From a virus (Duplodnaviria > Caudoviricetes): a stretch of 35,803 nt of DNA. The DNA lies in the IMG/VR virus record IMGVR_UViG_3300037743_000017, positions 1 to 35,803 of that record; one strand, 5' to 3'. Below, in pieces: positions 1 through 8,830 of the stretch. Position numbers and translations under genes: made by a program. Each line of letters begins with the position of its first letter. Within the stretch, counting starts at the first letter, position 1. Below the pieces are notes generated by a model, which saw only the letters and a list, made by a program, of their open reading frames with translations, ran no database searches and was not told where the DNA came from.

Positions 1-195
1 ATCTCGGCATTCCTGGTTCGAGACCTCGGGCTGGCGTGGGAAGAGATCGTGGATCTGTGCCCACGCACCACCCCTTTCGACCAGGCGTCCCCCGAAGCAA
101 TCCAGGTTCGCCTGGACTACCAGCAGGCGAAGAAGGACGGCGTCCTGCTGTGCGACGACGGCAAAGGTTACGGCGACTGGAACATCTGGGATTAG
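1..195 (+). CDS. hypothetical protein, 5'-truncated by the window edge
   Basis: Frame 1 is open from base 1 (ISAFLVRDLGLAWEEIVDLC...YGDWNIWD) to TAG at 193-195, with GC3-rich codons. Not in the ORF track because it lacks a start. Confidence 0.6.
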   Translation: MSAFLVRDLGLAWEEIVDLCPRTTPFDQASPEAIQVRLDYQQAKKDGVLLCDDGKGYGDWNIWD

Positions 196-210
196 CCTTA
201 TGGCGTGAAG

Positions 211-354
211 ATGCGCTTTACCACCCGGTGCGCCCGATGCAGGAAGCCCCTGCACCAGGGCACCCCGGGCGCGCGCGCTTACGGAGGATGGTGGCATTCC
301 TTGTGTCTGGGAAAGTACAGGATCGCAAGGGAGGCGCTACGTGTCCGACCATGA
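211..354 (+). CDS. small putative Zn-binding protein (47 aa)
   Basis: Hand translation MRFTTRCARCRKPLHQG...WWHSLCLGK...RVRP* has CxxC and HxxC motifs. It fills the gap before terminase and overlaps its start. Confidence 0.5.
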   Translation: MRFTTRCARCRKPLHQGTPGARAYGGWWHSLCLGKYRIAREALRVRP

Positions 355-1777
355 AGAGCTGATGGAGGCCATCAAGAACTGGACCCCCCAGGCCCAGGAG
401 AAAGCCCTCGCCATGCTGAAGGAGCGGGAGGACCCCCCCAAGATCTGGTACTGCCATAGGGGCCGAACCTGCGACGGCGAAGCCCACCAGGGGGCGAACT
501 ACCCGCACGCCCGAGGCGACCAGTGGCCACCGGAAGGTTCCGACTGGGACGTGTGGGCGGCCGTCTCCGGTCGCGGCTCCGGTAAGACGCGCATGGGCGC
601 CGAGTGGATGCGCAAGATGAGCGAATACGTTCCGCGCATGCTCATGGTCGGGCGTCGCGGCGTGGACGTGCGCGAAACCATGGTCGAAGGCGAGTCGGGC
701 CTGGCGATGGTCTGCGAGCGCGCGAAGGTCGGTTACACGTGGGAGCCGTCGAAGAAGAAGTTCACGTTCGCTAACGGTGCAGAGATCCTCGGCTTCTCCG
801 GCGAGGAGCCTGCATCGCTTCGCGGACCCCAGGGTGGCGTGGCATGGCTGGACGAGCCCGCCCACATGCCGCTCATCGAGGACGTGTGGTCCAACCTGGA
901 ACTTGCCCTGCGGCTACGCATCCCGGGCGGCACGAAGATCCTGGTCACCTCCACTCCCCTGCCGATCAAGTGGCTGAAGGAACTCCTGGCGGATGACGGA
1001 ACCCGGGTTACCCGAGTCGCCACATACAAGAACCTGAAGAACCTGGACCCGCGCTTCGCCAAGCGCATCCTGAAGAAGTACGAGGGCACACGCCTGGGCC
1101 GCCAGGAGCTTCACGGCGAACTTCTGGCGGACGTGGAAGGCGCGCTGTGGAACTGGGAGATCGTCGAGGATGCCCGCCTCTCCCTCGAAGGCACGATCGA
1201 AGACCTTGCTGCCACGATGGACCGCATCGTCGTCTCGATCGACCCGGCAGGCACCTCCGGTCGCAAGTCTGACGAGACGGGAATCATCGTCGTCGGCCGC
1301 AAGGCTGGCATCTACTACATCCTGGCGGACGAGTCGGGTCGCTACACGCCCGAACGCTGGGCACGCCGAGCCGTAGACCTGTACGAGCACTGGCATGCCG
1401 ACGCTATCGTGGTCGAGCGCAACTACGGCGGCGAGATGGTCAAGGCCGTCCTGGACAACATCTCCTCCTGGCCACGAGTCCGCGAAGTGACCTCCCGTCG
1501 TGGCAAGCTGATCCGTGCCGAACCCGTCTTCTCGCTGTACGAGCAGCACTATGTCAAGCATGTTCCGGGCCTCGCGGCGCTGGAAGAGCAGATGACGGAG
1601 TGGATTCCGGGCAGCTTCTCCCCCGACCGAGTGGACGCCCTCGTTCATGGCGTCACCGAGCTTTCCGGGAATGCCCGACCGGCCGAAGTGACTACGGCGA
1701 CGGGGCTCATCGTGCCCAGCTCGAACAACGTTTACCGCTCTCCCGTCACCAGGCCAACGGTACGATCATGGACGTGA
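341..1777 (+). CDS. terL: terminase large subunit
   Basis: Walker A SGRGSGKT, Walker B WLDE, coupling motif VTSTP, RNase H-like nuclease motifs VSIDPA, DETGI and SPDRVDA. RBS GGGAGG. Confidence 0.95.
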   Translation: MSDHEELMEAIKNWTPQAQEKALAMLKEREDPPKIWYCHRGRTCDGEAHQGANYPHARGDQWPPEGSDWDVWAAVSGRGSGKTRMGAEWMRKMSEYVPRMLMVGRRGVDVRETMVEGESGLAMVCERAKVGYTWEPSKKKFTFANGAEILGFSGEEPASLRGPQGGVAWLDEPAHMPLIEDVWSNLELALRLRIPGGTKILVTSTPLPIKWLKELLADDGTRVTRVATYKNLKNLDPRFAKRILKKYEGTRLGRQELHGELLADVEGALWNWEIVEDARLSLEGTIEDLAATMDRIVVSIDPAGTSGRKSDETGIIVVGRKAGIYYILADESGRYTPERWARRAVDLYEHWHADAIVVERNYGGEMVKAVLDNISSWPRVREVTSRRGKLIRAEPVFSLYEQHYVKHVPGLAALEEQMTEWIPGSFSPDRVDALVHGVTELSGNARPAEVTTATGLIVPSSNNVYRSPVTRPTVRSWT

Positions 1778-2085
1778 CCTTGGAGACAGCCTTCGCCATC
1801 ATCGTCGGAGTGCTGTCTATCGCACGCCTGACCATGCTCATCACCATCGACACGTGGCCACCTGTGGTGTGGGTTCGCACCTGGTGGGAGATGAAAACCG
1901 AGAACCCGGATACCGCTGATGAGGGGTGGGAGAAGCTGATCTCGTGCCCCTGGTGCATGGCCCCCTGGGTCACTATCCCGATCGGAGCCTGGGGGTACTT
2001 CAGCGAACTGCACTGGGCCTGGTGGGCATTCAACGGCTGGCTCGCTGCCGCGTACGTGGCAGCCTGGATCACGACACGGGACTAG
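1768..2085 (+). CDS. small membrane protein (DUF1360-like)
   Basis: ATG at 1768 overlaps the terL end. Hydrophobic helices and an LISCPWC motif, located between terminase and portal. Confidence 0.75.
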   Translation: MDVTLETAFAIIVGVLSIARLTMLITIDTWPPVVWVRTWWEMKTENPDTADEGWEKLISCPWCMAPWVTIPIGAWGYFSELHWAWWAFNGWLAAAYVAAWITTRD

Positions 2086-2093
2086 GAGGAACG

Positions 2094-3836
2094 GTGCCCA
2101 GCAAGAAGACCACCCCGACCGCCCTTGTCGCTTCGGCGAAGCGCGTCCAGGGAGCAGGAGACCCCACACGCACGGCTTCCACCGGAAACGGATGGCAGGA
2201 AGCGGCCTGGCATTTCTACGACACGGTCGGCGAATACGCCTACGCGGTGAACTGGGTCGGAAATCTCCTCTCCCGAGCGAAGCTGTTCGCCACCCGAGAC
2301 GACGGCTCCGGCCCTGTACGCCTCCCCGACACTGATCCGGCAGCCGAATACGTGAACTCCTTGTTCGGGAACACGCAGGGCCGCTCCCAGGCTCTCCAGC
2401 AGATCGGCGTCCACTACACGGTAGCGGGCGAGACCTGGATTATCGGCAGGCAGGACGGGGGCATGGACTCCTGGCAGGTCGCTGCCCCGTCCCGCATCGA
2501 GCGCCAGGGTGACACGTGGCTTCTGGACCGCGTAGCGCTCCCCGCGAACGCCTTCAAGATGCGCATATGGCGACCGCACCCGATCAATCCGAGGGCGGCC
2601 ACGAGCCCTTCACGGGCCGCCCTTCCCATCCTGTCCGAGATCGAACGCCTGACGATGCATGTCGCAGCCCAGGTGGATTCACGGCTCGCGTCGGCTGGCG
2701 TTCTCCTCATGCCGAACAGCATGACCTTCAACACTGCGGTCGATCAGGACGCCAGCGGGAGCGCCACCAGCAGCGGAAGCTCAGACGCTTTCGTCAAGGT
2801 GCTTCAGGACGTCATGGCTCGTGCCATCGCGAACCGTGACGACGCCTCTGCCCTGGTCCCGATCGTTGTCACGGGCGACGCTGACGCGATCGACAAGGTG
2901 CAGCACATCACCTTCTGGTCCGAGCTGGACAACCAGGCCATCGAGCTGCGCACCGAAGCAATCCGCCGTCTCGCCCTGTCGATGGACATGCCGCCCGAGA
3001 TCCTGACCGGTCAGTCCGAAGGTTCCCGCTTCCACGTGTGGTCGATCGACGAGTCCGCGATCAAGTCGCACACAGAGCCGCTGCTGAACCGGATCGCCGC
3101 TGACCTCGCTCAGGGCTACCTGCGCCCCCTCCTCACCGATGACGGGCACGACCCGGAAGAGGTGGAGCAGTACGGGATCGGCATCGATACTGCGGAGATG
3201 CGCCTGCGCCCGAACCGTTCCCGCGAAGCCCTGGAGCTGTACGACCGTGGCGAGCTGAAGCCCGGCGTCCTCCTGGAAGAGACCGGCTTCGACCCGGACA
3301 CCGACGCTCCTACAGCGCGCGAGATGGTCATGTGGCTGACGCAGAAGGTTGCTCAGGGCCAGACCACCCCGGAGATCGTGGAGGCCGCCCTACGGCTTCT
3401 GGGAGTGCAGATCGAGGCCGAGATGGCGCAGGAGGCACAGGAGACTCAGGAGGAGCGGCCGACGCCGTCCCTGGAGGAGCACCCGGACCGAGACATGCCG
3501 GAGCCATCGGACGGGCTCGTGGCCGCCTGTGAGGTTCTGGTGTTTCGAGCGCTGGAGCGGGCAGGGAATCGACTGCGGAACAAGATGCAGCGCAAGATCC
3601 CGAACGTCGCGGCACCGGAGACCTACATGTTCGTGCCGTGCGACAAGTCCACGCTGGACTTCGCGCTGGACGACGCCTGGACTGCCGTGGACAGGTTCGC
3701 CACCAGGTGGGGCGTGAACGCAGAACGCCTGAAGGACTGCCTGGACGCCTACGCCCGCGCCATCATGGGCGAGCAGAAGCCACACGACCCGGAGCTGATG
3801 AAGCAGTTCATCGCCCTCCTGGAGGTGACAGCATGA
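2094..3836 (+). CDS. portal protein
   Basis: GTG at 2094 after RBS AGGAGG. WQEAAWHFYDTVGE...WVGN and SRLASAGVLL motifs typical of actinophage portals; position after terminase. Confidence 0.88.
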   Translation: MPSKKTTPTALVASAKRVQGAGDPTRTASTGNGWQEAAWHFYDTVGEYAYAVNWVGNLLSRAKLFATRDDGSGPVRLPDTDPAAEYVNSLFGNTQGRSQALQQIGVHYTVAGETWIIGRQDGGMDSWQVAAPSRIERQGDTWLLDRVALPANAFKMRIWRPHPINPRAATSPSRAALPILSEIERLTMHVAAQVDSRLASAGVLLMPNSMTFNTAVDQDASGSATSSGSSDAFVKVLQDVMARAIANRDDASALVPIVVTGDADAIDKVQHITFWSELDNQAIELRTEAIRRLALSMDMPPEILTGQSEGSRFHVWSIDESAIKSHTEPLLNRIAADLAQGYLRPLLTDDGHDPEEVEQYGIGIDTAEMRLRPNRSREALELYDRGELKPGVLLEETGFDPDTDAPTAREMVMWLTQKVAQGQTTPEIVEAALRLLGVQIEAEMAQEAQETQEERPTPSLEEHPDRDMPEPSDGLVAACEVLVFRALERAGNRLRNKMQRKIPNVAAPETYMFVPCDKSTLDFALDDAWTAVDRFATRWGVNAERLKDCLDAYARAIMGEQKPHDPELMKQFIALLEVTA

Positions 3837-6370
3837 GCATGATCTTGTTCGCCCTCGACCTGGAAACCTTCCAGGCCAGGCGTCGAGCCAGTCAGGATGA
3901 GGCGATCGAGGCCCTTCGGGCTGCCGTGCGTGACGCGCTGGAGAACTTCGGCGCCCCCGCATGGGATACCGAGGTGCTTCTGATCGCCGGGCAGGTCTGG
4001 GACGCCACGCAGGAAGCCGATGGGGGCTCCGTCGAGGCCCCGCCCGGCTTCTTCGAGACCCTGTCTGACTCACTGAACGAGACCACCACTCCGACAGATC
4101 CCCCGAGCGACGCCCAGGTGGAGCGAGTCGCCACCTGGATCGCCGTTTACACGATCAACGCCTCCACGGACGCGCTCGCAGTGGCAGCGCAGCTCGAAGA
4201 GGACGACCTGGTGCTCCGCGAATGGGTCACCATGCAGGACGCCGACGTACGGGACCTGCACCGCCCCCTGAACGGCGTCCAGCGCCCGATCGGGGAACGT
4301 TTCCAGGTCGGAGTGGCCGAACTGCGATGGCCGGGAGACCCTGTCGGACCACCCGAAGGCTGGATCAACTGTCGGTGCGTGCTGCGACCGACGCTAGGAG
4401 GCGAAATGGCAGCGAAGACCGTCACGGCAGCCAGCGACCCGGTCTCAGACGGCCTGGAACCGCCCGAGCCGACGGAAGATGAGCAGATCGAGAGCCTGAT
4501 GTTCCAGGCCGACTTCGACCCCGGCACCATCCCGATCCACGGCGTCCTCCTGGACCGCACCGAGGAGACCGGTGACCGCCGTCACCTCGCCGGGGAGTTC
4601 TCCGTGCTGTCCGTGATCGACGGACCGGTCCCCCTGCGCTGGGTGAAGTCCGATGTCGGCATGCATGACGGTGCCGTTCGCGTCGCCTCCATCACGGAGA
4701 CGTGGCAGGAGGGCGACCGCATCCTGTTCAACGGGAACATGGTCCAGACCCCCGAAGCGGCTGAGGTACTCGCGCTCCTCGCAGAGGGCCGTATGGGAAT
4801 CTCCGTGGACATGGACTCGGCAGTGTTCGAGTTCGAGGGCGACGAAGGCGAGGAGATGCAGGTCTTCACCGAAGGCCGCATCCGTGGTGCCACGCTCGTG
4901 GACATCCCCGCCCTGGTCGGCGCATGGGCTGAGATGGGTTCCTGGCAGGACATCGAAATGCTGGCCGCCTCCGGGTGTGCCCCATGCCAGGAGCAGCAGG
5001 AGATCTACCGAACCTTCCAGATCAGCGACGCTGAGTGGGACGGTTCGTCATCCCGATTCACGGACGAGGAGTGGTGCCGATCCACGATCGTCCACCTCGA
5101 AGAGGGCTGCACGAGCAAGTCCGAGCACAAGATGCCCATCCGCGAGCCAGGCGGCGCGCTGAACCGGAACGCCGTCCATAACGCGGCGGCACGGTTCAAC
5201 CAGGTGGAGGCACCCGAAGCGGAGATTTCAGCCGCTCGCTCTCGCCTGCGAGCCGCATACAGCGAGCTTGGCGAGGAGCCGCCCGAGATCATCGCCTCGT
5301 CGGCCACGGGGACCTTCCAGGTTCCCGGAATCCCGCCCCAGACGAAGGACGCACCCGGCTGGATCACCCACCCGAGCGAGACGGCACGCCTGCGTCGCTA
5401 CTGGACTGAAGGCGTCGGAGCCGCGAAGATCGCCTGGGGCGCGCCCGGCGACTTCAACCGGTGCCGTACGCAGCTCGCCAAGTACGTCATGCGACCCGAC
5501 TGGCTTGCCGGTCTGTGCGCGAACATGCACTTCGACGCTCTCGGGTTCTGGCCCGGCGAGCACCGCCTCCGTACCGTGGAAGGAGCCGTCATGGCGTCCG
5601 CATTCACCGTCGTGGACGAGCGCAAGACGCTCCCCGCCGCGTGGTTCGAGAACCCGCATCTGAAGATGCCCACCCCCGTTACCGTGACGCAGGAAGGCCG
5701 CGTCTTCGGGCACATCGCCCAGTGGGGCGTCTGCCACACCGGGCTGGGCCTGTCCGTAGGCGACGCCGACGCCTGCGTGGCGGCTCCCCCCTCGGCGAGC
5801 GGCTACGCCTACTTCCTCACCGGCGTCATCGACACTGACGCGGGTGAGGTGCCGGTCGGCTCCCTCACCATGGGCACCGGTCACGCTGGCGAACGCCTGG
5901 GCTCCCACCCGGCAGCCGCGCACTACGACAACACCGGCTTCGCCATCGCGGACGTCACGGTCGGCGAAGACGAGCACGGCATCTGGTTCTCCGGGGCCAT
6001 GCGCCCCGACATCGACGAGGACCGGCTGCGCGAGTTCAAGGCGGCCACCCTGTCCGGCGACTGGCGCAAGGTGCGAGGCGACTACGAGATGGTCGCAGCG
6101 CTTGCCGTGAACGTCCCCGGCTTCCCGATCCCCCGCCTGGCACTGGCGGCTTCGGCAGGTCGGCAGATCTCGCTCATCGCGGCTGGCGTCGTTCCTCCGC
6201 GAACCGACGACGATGCTCCGACGATCACTCCGCTGGAGTTCGTCAAGGAGGTTCGGACCATCGAAGCGCGTGCCGCGAAGGCTGCCGCGCTGAAGCAGAA
6301 GTTCGCCGCCGAGCGGGCTGAGATCATGAAGGCGCGCCGTCAGGCGCTGGTCAAGAGCATGGAGGGCTGA
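3833..6370 (+). CDS. MuF-like / capsid maturation protease fusion
   Basis: ATG at 3833 (ATGA overlap, RBS GGAGG). MuF-type REWVT..D..VR..H...WPGDP..INCRC, followed by protease-like GISVD..GATLVDIPA and LSGDWR..ALAVNVPGF domains. Confidence 0.82.
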   Translation: MSMILFALDLETFQARRRASQDEAIEALRAAVRDALENFGAPAWDTEVLLIAGQVWDATQEADGGSVEAPPGFFETLSDSLNETTTPTDPPSDAQVERVATWIAVYTINASTDALAVAAQLEEDDLVLREWVTMQDADVRDLHRPLNGVQRPIGERFQVGVAELRWPGDPVGPPEGWINCRCVLRPTLGGEMAAKTVTAASDPVSDGLEPPEPTEDEQIESLMFQADFDPGTIPIHGVLLDRTEETGDRRHLAGEFSVLSVIDGPVPLRWVKSDVGMHDGAVRVASITETWQEGDRILFNGNMVQTPEAAEVLALLAEGRMGISVDMDSAVFEFEGDEGEEMQVFTEGRIRGATLVDIPALVGAWAEMGSWQDIEMLAASGCAPCQEQQEIYRTFQISDAEWDGSSSRFTDEEWCRSTIVHLEEGCTSKSEHKMPIREPGGALNRNAVHNAAARFNQVEAPEAEISAARSRLRAAYSELGEEPPEIIASSATGTFQVPGIPPQTKDAPGWITHPSETARLRRYWTEGVGAAKIAWGAPGDFNRCRTQLAKYVMRPDWLAGLCANMHFDALGFWPGEHRLRTVEGAVMASAFTVVDERKTLPAAWFENPHLKMPTPVTVTQEGRVFGHIAQWGVCHTGLGLSVGDADACVAAPPSASGYAYFLTGVIDTDAGEVPVGSLTMGTGHAGERLGSHPAAAHYDNTGFAIADVTVGEDEHGIWFSGAMRPDIDEDRLREFKAATLSGDWRKVRGDYEMVAALAVNVPGFPIPRLALAASAGRQISLIAAGVVPPRTDDDAPTITPLEFVKEVRTIEARAAKAAALKQKFAAERAEIMKARRQALVKSMEG

Positions 6371-6372
6371 GC

Positions 6373-6519
6373 ATGTGCAACTGCAAGAAGAAGCAGCCTG
6401 CCGCGCAGACGAAGTACAAGTACACGTCCGCTGACGGCAAGACGACCAAGGAGTTCACGTCAGAGCTGCGGGCCAAGATGGAAGTCCGCAGCAAGGGCGG
6501 TAAGTTCGAGCCCGCCTAG
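6373..6519 (+). CDS. small basic protein (48 aa, MCNCKKK...)
   Basis: ATG at 6373 after GGAGG. Translates to MCNCKKKQPAAQTKYKYTSADGKTTKEFTSELRAKMEVRSKGGKFEPA*. Below the ORF-track size cutoff. Confidence 0.75.
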   Translation: MCNCKKKQPAAQTKYKYTSADGKTTKEFTSELRAKMEVRSKGGKFEPA

Positions 6520-6527
6520 CAAGCAGA

Positions 6528-6563
6528 GCGAAGCCCCCCGCCATCTCCTGCGGGGGGCTTCGC
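6528..6563. terminator. GC-rich hairpin between convergent genes
   Basis: Perfect 14-bp stem GCGAAGCCCCCCGC / GCGGGGGGCTTCGC with an 8-nt loop. Confidence 0.75.
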
Positions 6564-6588
6564 CATAGGGCGACCTATCTGACCCAGG

Positions 6589-8220
6589 CTAACGCCCGGC
6601 CGAGAAATCCGCGATGAGAGTCGGGATGGACGAATCCATACCGACCACATCCAGGGTCTTCGGGTCGTCCGGGTCGGCGATCGAGAAGTTCGTCGCCGTG
6701 AAGCCTGCCACGACCAGCTTCGCGTCGATACCCATCTGCTGGCGGTAGAACTCCAGCGCCTGGTACGGGTGAACGTCGCCGTGCCAGGTCTCGTTGTCCG
6801 TCATGATGATGAACGTGTCGACCTCCAGCTTGTTCGCCTCCGCGTACAGCATCGGAAGCGCGCAGTCGGTACCACCGTGCGGGAACCGGGACATGTACGA
6901 GACCATGTCGTCCAGTCGGCGGCGCGGGGACAGGTCCAGCGGCGTGACAGCGACGCGCTGGTAGCCGTTGTTCCCGTGGAATGTCCGCGACTGGTTCAGC
7001 ACGGGACCTGCCGTGAATCCGACAGCGTGAACCTCAGCCTCCGTCTTCATCGTGACGAGCGACATCGCGGCGGCCATCTCCCGCGCCGTGATGGGAGAGT
7101 TCATGAGCTGGACGCCCATGGACGCCGACACGTCGATACCCAGCAGGGTCCGCTTCCCAGACGGCTGGACGGACCCGAACGCCTTGTAGAACGCCTCGTC
7201 CAGCGCGTCCGTGATCGCGGGCATCGGAGACCACGTGGACCCCTTCCCGCGACCGGAGGCGTAGGTGCGCTGCGCCAGGAGAACCGAGACCGGGTGGACG
7301 CGACCACGGATCAGGCGGACCTCGTCCGCCAGCTCAGTCAGGGCACGGCGCAGGGTGGAACCCTTCAGAACGCCAAGGCGGGTCAGGCGCGGAAGGTTCC
7401 GCATCAGGGCCGTGATCGGCATCCCCATCTCCACCAGCGCCGCCCAGACCTTCGGGTCCGACTGGAGATGGTTCGGCAGCATCTCCCACGTGATCCGGTG
7501 GTCGCTGCGCTGGATCAGGGCGACAGCCAGGCGAGCGGTCGTGGCCTCTTCCTGGAGCCGCGTGAAGGTCCGCACAAGCTCAGGAAGCTCCTCATCCATG
7601 CGACCCTGCGTAGCCCAGCCGAGAAGCGCGTTGTGCTGCGGCTTCCCGACCGGCTTCGGGTGCGCCTGACGGGGAACGTCACGGTGCGTCCAGCCCTCAC
7701 GGGAACGGTACTTGACCATCTGGTAGGCCAGGGTGTCCGGCTCCTTGTCCAGGTACCAGGCCGAGATCGCCTTCGTCAGCGCCGGACCCCAGCCACGGAA
7801 CTGCTGCACGTAGTTGATGAACGTGAACAGGTGCGTGGCCGTACGGGCGACGCGGGACAGGTGGTTCAGCGCGTACCGTCGTCCGGCCTCGTTCGGCAGA
7901 GAGCAGGCGATCGCGAGAGCGAACAGCGCAGGCTGTACCTTCGGGGCGCGACCGCCCTCGGAGATCTCCACGATGGTGTCTACGAGCGTGTTCGGGTCCG
8001 TCTCCGCCATCCGACGCAGGGCGTCGAAGTTCTGGAAGGTGAGGTCTCGCGCTGAGGCGTAGTAGGTGGGGGCGTCCGATCCGAGGATCAGGAATCGCTT
8101 CACTCGGTCCAGGTCGCCCATCGCGAAGGCGTATCCGCCTGCCGAGTTCTTGACCTGGTCGGACCGGGCCTTCATCGACTGCGACGTACGCCGCGTGTTG
8201 ACCATCCGGTAGTGGTTCAT
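6589..8220 (-). CDS. rsr: Ro60 / TROVE-domain RNA-binding protein (Rsr ortholog)
   Basis: ATG at 8220 after AAGGAGG. TROVE motifs NSAGGY, RFLILGS..TYY, ARTATHLF, YQMVKYRSREGWTHRD, ALMRNL, GRVHP. vWA MIDAS DVSASM, GGTDCALPM, TDNETW. Confidence 0.96.
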   Translation of the reverse strand: MNHYRMVNTRRTSQSMKARSDQVKNSAGGYAFAMGDLDRVKRFLILGSDAPTYYASARDLTFQNFDALRRMAETDPNTLVDTIVEISEGGRAPKVQPALFALAIACSLPNEAGRRYALNHLSRVARTATHLFTFINYVQQFRGWGPALTKAISAWYLDKEPDTLAYQMVKYRSREGWTHRDVPRQAHPKPVGKPQHNALLGWATQGRMDEELPELVRTFTRLQEEATTARLAVALIQRSDHRITWEMLPNHLQSDPKVWAALVEMGMPITALMRNLPRLTRLGVLKGSTLRRALTELADEVRLIRGRVHPVSVLLAQRTYASGRGKGSTWSPMPAITDALDEAFYKAFGSVQPSGKRTLLGIDVSASMGVQLMNSPITAREMAAAMSLVTMKTEAEVHAVGFTAGPVLNQSRTFHGNNGYQRVAVTPLDLSPRRRLDDMVSYMSRFPHGGTDCALPMLYAEANKLEVDTFIIMTDNETWHGDVHPYQALEFYRQQMGIDAKLVVAGFTATNFSIADPDDPKTLDVVGMDSSIPTLIADFSAGR

Positions 8221-8256
8221 GGCTTCCTCCTTCGTTGGAGCGCCACTCTTCCCGAC

Positions 8257-8397
8257 AGCCGGGGCGGGCAAAGGCGTGGACCGGGTTTTAAGCGCTCTGC
8301 CGATTGAGCTACCCCCGGACTCGTCCGGGGGCCTGGACTCGAACCAGGAACCTCTTCCTCCACAGGGATAACCGTTCCACTTCGGCTCGCCCCGGCT
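8257..8397 (-). ncRNA. Y RNA 1 (YrlA-like, circularly permuted tRNA mimic)
   Basis: 5' and 3' ends pair (AGCCGGGGCGAGCCGAAG...TTTGCCCGCCCCGGCT). T arm CCTGG-TTCGAGT-CCAGG, closed acceptor-like stem CCCCGGAC-GA-GTCCGGGG, D arm GCTC-AATCGGCA-GAGC. Adjacent to Ro60. Confidence 0.87.
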
Positions 8398-8404
8398 AGG
8401 GAAA

Positions 8405-8551
8405 GAACCAGCAGTGCGGGCGATGGGTGGTCAACGGGTGAACGGCAGGATTTGAACCTGCGACCTTCCAGGGTTACTGGATGCTCTACCGCTGAGCTAC
8501 GCCTCTGATTCAGAGAGGTAACCGCTAACCTTCGGCTCGCACTGCTGGTTC
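8405..8551 (-). ncRNA. Y RNA 2 (tRNA domain in normal D-anticodon-T order)
   Basis: Terminal stem GAACCAGCAGTGCGAGCCGAAG...CGCCCGCACTGCTGGTTC. D arm GCTC-AGCGGTA-GAGC, arm TCCAG-TAACC-CTGGA, variable AGGTC, T arm GCAGG-TTCAAAT-CCTGC. Confidence 0.85.
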
Positions 8552-8553
8552 AA

Positions 8554-8700
8554 GACTGGCATGTGGGCAAAGGCTGCGAACGGGTTTTAGCGTCTTAGGC
8601 CGCTCGACCACAGGACCGCTTTACGCCGCCCCGGCGGGATTTGAACCCGCGTCTCTCCTGTTCAAGAGGTAACCGCTCACATTCGGCTCACATGTCAGTC
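8554..8700 (-). ncRNA. Y RNA 3 (YrlA-like, permuted)
   Basis: Terminal stem GACTGACATGTGAGCCGAATG...TTTGCCCACATGCCAGTC. T arm GCGGG-TTCAAAT-CCCGC, closed stem CGGGGC/GTCCTG, D arm GTC-GAGCGGCCTAA-GAC. Confidence 0.85.
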
Positions 8701-8703
8701 CAC

Positions 8704-8818
8704 AGAGTGGCGCGGGCAAGTGGTGACGGCGGGTTTCTAGACCTCCCCCGAAGGGTTAGCCCGCAAGGAATCGAACCTCGTTAGCCAGATAACCGCTCGT
8801 CGTCGGCTCGCGCTCTCT
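8704..8818 (-). ncRNA. Y RNA 4 (reduced: T-arm-like hairpin plus UUCG hairpin)
   Basis: Same scaffold GCGAGCCGA..GCGGTTATC...AAACCCG..TTGCCCGC. T loop GAGG-TTCGATT-CCTT and a CCC-TTCG-GGG hairpin. No clear D arm. Confidence 0.75.
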
Positions 8819-8830
8819 CGAACCAGGTAC

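Noticed and set aside
36-362. 108-aa ORF as a terminase small subunit
   Set aside because: R/P/G-rich off-frame composition; two better ORFs (1-195 and 211-354) cover the region.
6769-8055. 428-aa plus-strand ORF
   Set aside because: Antisense shadow of Ro60; R/V/H-rich with no motifs.
8257-8818. tRNA gene cluster
   Set aside because: T and D loops are present, but units 1 and 3 are permuted with closed acceptor stems, unit 2 has a 5-nt anticodon loop and no full acceptor or CCA end, and all are enclosed by a shared Ro-type stem.
8257-8818. CRISPR array or attP remnants
   Set aside because: The repeats are short, degenerate and structural, with covarying stems. No identical direct repeats, cas operon or integrase occur in the window.
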